Below, one piece after another: positions 60,001 to 64,000 of a DNA stretch of 64,000 bases. Made by a program: the position numbers and the translations under genes. Each line of letters begins with the position of its first letter. The first letter of the stretch is position 1. Source of the DNA: Octopus vulgaris (lineage: Eukaryota); contig OX597819.1 of assembly GCA_951406725.2 (NCBI GenBank), positions 8,370,001 to 8,434,000 on the forward strand, given 5' to 3'. Below the pieces are notes generated by a model that ran no database searches, was not told the DNA's origin, and saw nothing but the letters and a program-made list of their open reading frames with translations.

Positions 60001-62642
60001 TTATAACAGTAGTTGTAGTAATATATTTTTATGCTATCTGTACTGCATTCATAACCATGGCTTCATCACCACCATTATTACCACAACCACAGCAACAACC
60101 AACACCACCACCACCACCACCACCACATCATCATCATCATCATCATCATCATTCCCTACCACAATCATTAATTTCTAGTACTATTGTCACAGCTATTTAT
60201 TTCTTCGATGGTCACTTCTGTTGCCCGCCAGCAAGTCCATCCCACCCTCTGCCATCACCAGCATAGTAGTTATCACACTGATTACTACTGCAATTGCTAG
60301 CCATGTCCCAATAGCAGCACCAGCACCACTATCAACGTTATTACCAATACAAATCAACAACACGATCATCACTGCCATCGGCACCTCAACTTTCATTAAC
60401 CTATCTCTATTCGAGTTAGTGAGATGACAAGTTGTATACGTCCGTTCGACATGCGAGAAACAGTTGTTAAATTAAATTCATATCGTACCCTACCGTATAT
60501 ACGCAAATAAATAAATAAATAAATAAATTCTTCTTTATAAATTTTCATATTATTTTCCCTCCTGTCTTACTTTTCTTTTGTCTTAGAAAGGATAGGGGGA
60601 TCTGGAAAACAAAAAGCCAAAAAAAAAAAAAATAGAAAGAAACGAAAAGAAAACCCAATTTGGTCGTAGCTGCACTAACTTCTGGTTAGACTACAACTAC
60701 CACTAGGACAATTTCTACCACCACTAACTACCTTAGCAACAACAATTGCTAAAACAAGAACCGCCATTGTCACTACCACACTACCATCAGTAACAACAAC
60801 AACAACACATCTACCACCACCACGACTACCATCAGTAGCAACAAAACAAATTTCGATAGTTCAGTGTCATAGTAATAACCGCTACAGCAAAAACCACCAT
60901 CGTCACCCCCATACCAGCAGCACCGGCAGTAGCAAGAACAGCAGCAGCAGCAGCACCATCACCACCATCTACCACACCACCACCATCAGTAGCAACAAAA
61001 ATTTCGGTAGTTCTGTGTCACAGTAATGGTATGGACAATGTAAAACAGCATCTTCAGGAAATCAGTGAACGTCTCAGGAGAGGACAAAAAGATTATGAGA
61101 CTGTCCGGCGACAGACATGATAAATAGTCAAGAAATGACAATCGTAAAATACAACATCGTATATGAAAGCAGATGCAATAAATCTAGTCATTATGCAGCG
61201 ATTTAACATAAATAGACAAGAGAATATTTGGGAACAGAATGCTACTGTTATTAATCCCAACATTAATGAGAAGATATTGCTGTATTCGATGTTAACATTA
61301 TTATCAAAACAACATTTAGCATAATTACGATAATTGTCGAGCTGTTGACCATCTTGAAATTTCTTCCAATAATATTTTCCAATCTATTTCCTTTTTATTA
61401 TTATTATTATTTTCTCTTTTTTTTTGTAGTTGTACCTGGTGTTACATTTGTTACTATTTTTTTGTTATTTGTTGTTGTTGCTGCTGCGGTTTCTGCTGAT
61501 ATTCTTGTTAGGTAAGTCCGGTCAACAAAGCTTGACTTGAATTACTTGAACGAAAGAAGCGTTCTTGTATAATTGTGACGTTGTGATTGCATCGTTTAAC
61601 GCTTCAAATATGCTTTCTATTTTATAGTTGTTAATGATAGTATTCAAACAGATTTAGTTACTACAGTGAGCAAATCAAGAGGCCACATAGAATCTTTATC
61701 ACAAGCTCGACTAAAATGGAAGTTTCATCACTAGAACTTGTAACTGGCACTGTTATTGTTGGAAGAGCTATAGAAATGGCTGAGTCAATGAAGTGTCAGA
61801 ATAAATGAGATTGTTTCCCCTACGGATTTTAATTTTGATTCGTTCATTATCGTTTGGTAGGAACTCCAAGTCAAGAATGGTTATCACCTACTCTCATACT
61901 TCGAGAGTTTCATATTCGCGCGTTAGTATCAAAATTGTTTCCTTTTAAGAATGTTAGTATTTTCCTCTTAGCCAAAAGGAAAACAGTAATACTACCGGGC
62001 TCTGAATTCGGCTGTTTTCCCTTAGTTTCGATGAAAAAAAGCAATAAAATATTTAATATATCATTTGAAGGCAAGCAGGGGGTTTAACCGTGATGACTAA
62101 ACTAAAGTACTAAAACCAATGAAATTTAAAGAGAAAGTAAGTAATCATAATGTGTGACAGTCATACTTCTCTCAAGGAAAGTAATGACAAAAATAAATTG
62201 CATTAGTTCGACTAAAAATCAAGACAGATCTGCATGTTCAGATCGCATCTTACACAATATTATCGTAAGTAAAATATCTATACATTATGGCTTTCTTAAA
62301 TTTTATGTAATAATTACAATACCAGAGGCATCAGTAGTATATCTGTGTAACAATGCTGTTTTGTGTATACATAGTTTTATATGGAGAAAATAGACTGTCA
62401 TAATGACTTTACTCTCGGCACTGGGAGAATATATCCATTACGCCATAATACTGAATAACGAACGTTTGTGTGCAGAAGTGTATGTGCCAAATATATTAAA
62501 CTACCACAGACATAAAGTTGCAGGGCATATGATTTAATATAGAAGATGGTTGAGAAGTTTTAATGTCTTTTGAAAACCTATTACTAATTAATGTGAGTAA
62601 TAAGAAATGAATTCAATTTAGAATTGAAATTTGGAGACATAC

Positions 62643-62846
62643 TCCGTACTATATAAACACAATTCTAGCCGTACAGAGTACACCAAAATGTCTGCTGATA
62701 TCGATAAGACATTGGATGCGAAATGAGGAAGGGAATTTATAGGAACATTCATTACTTCACGGCCATAGGACTGCTTTTGAAAAAAATAAGTTGGCTTTGC
62801 CCGTGTCATAAGATCGGACCACCTCACCCAAAGCTGACAGCTAGTC
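62643..62846 (-). CDS. Candidate internal exon of an unknown gene
   Basis: TTTTCGTAG| 204 nt open frame (TSCQLWVRWSDL...LCLYST) |GTATGT; symmetric phase 2-2; no family recognised. Confidence 0.25.
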
Positions 62847-64000
62847 CTACGAAAATTAGCCTAAATTATTTCATATTCTGTTAACAACAAATACTAATTG
62901 ACCAGTAAACATCTTAATATATAACTAAATGGACATGGTAACGTATGAGAAAGTGAGGGTCAGCAGTTTACAGAATGAACAAAAGTACATATTACTCACA
63001 GAAAATGTCTTTTATTTAGTTAACATACTATTTTAAATAGCTAATGACTGAATTCGACAGGCGCTCATTTTTCCACAAAAAATACCCCGGATAAAAGTTT
63101 GCCTCTTATAAATACAAAGTCTTGGTTCCAGAAAGGACCTAATATTAAAGGACTCCCCTTGTGATATTTGTATCCAGTGGCCTTCATATCCTTAATTGTT
63201 TCTCCCTAAGATACGTTTCAAGAACTATAGGAATTACTGCGCAACATTAACGAAGCGTCTTCATGATTTAGTTTGTCAAGCTATAAAATGCCGTTGTATT
63301 GGATACAATTCACAACGTAGGCAGCAGCTGCGCACTGAAATTGGTGAAGGGTTTGGTACCAAGCAATACTGAGCTTAATTCTCACGACAAATAAGTGAGT
63401 TACTCCAGACAAAGTGCTCTGTCCTGGAAAATGCGTTTCTTTCACCGCTTCATAATGCTGGGAACAAGAGATAAATCCAGATTCTATAGCTTTGAGCGGT
63501 TCCCTGTAGGATACCTTCACCAGATTTCTATGTGAGGCAACCACATCATTCTGCTTGTATTATGACTTTCGGTGACTTAAACATTGCAAAACAGATCTAG
63601 ATAACTAATGGGAAATGTGCAAAATGCAAAACACTGCAATCCACTGCGTCTAGTATCTATCTGATTTATATTTATAGTATTAACCGAGGAAAAACGATGG
63701 GTACTTACTACTAGAATCTATACTAACTCTAGCCAGAGTGTATATAAATATATACAGACGTTTGTTTTCTGCTTTCTCTCTCATGCCACGATGTCTCTAA
63801 AGACTTTTAGTTCCATAGACTTGGCGAAGATTAATATTATTGATTATGAATTGGTTAATATTCCCTGTGGCTTTTTCACTAGCAGTGCTGTGTGGTATAG
63901 TTTTTATTTTGATGCAGTACTTTATATGTTTAAATGATATTCTATTGGTTATTTGGAAGCGCCAGTGATGTCAGCTTTATCAAGGTTTAATCTTTCTTCT

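Noticed and set aside
63281-63544. 87 aa minus-strand ORF
   Set aside because: No recognisable motif or clean splice boundaries.

Overview
AT-rich, microsatellite-dense eukaryotic DNA made almost entirely of repeats. The SINE types and simple-repeat load resemble octopod cephalopod genomes; this is from memory and was not searched. No intact host gene is supported; there is one weak exon candidate at 62643-62846. Contents: (1) a decayed Helitron Rep/Pif1 helicase region and four non-autonomous Helitron copies; (2) three tRNA-headed SINE families with many target-site duplications (TSDs); (3) decayed Penelope-like (PLE), RTE, L1/Tx1, R4/Dong, hAT and mariner coding remnants; (4) several fold-back or terminal-inverted-repeat (TIR) structures. 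The most notable signal is a set of short (~110-270 bp), mostly unrelated elements whose 3' ends abut (TA)n tracts. Four carry minimal type I hammerhead-ribozyme folds with variant cores ~100 nt upstream of that end, and others carry different hairpin or junction folds. Nearly all ORFs in the supplied track are microsatellite or SINE artefacts. All alignments were done by eye and boundaries are approximate.
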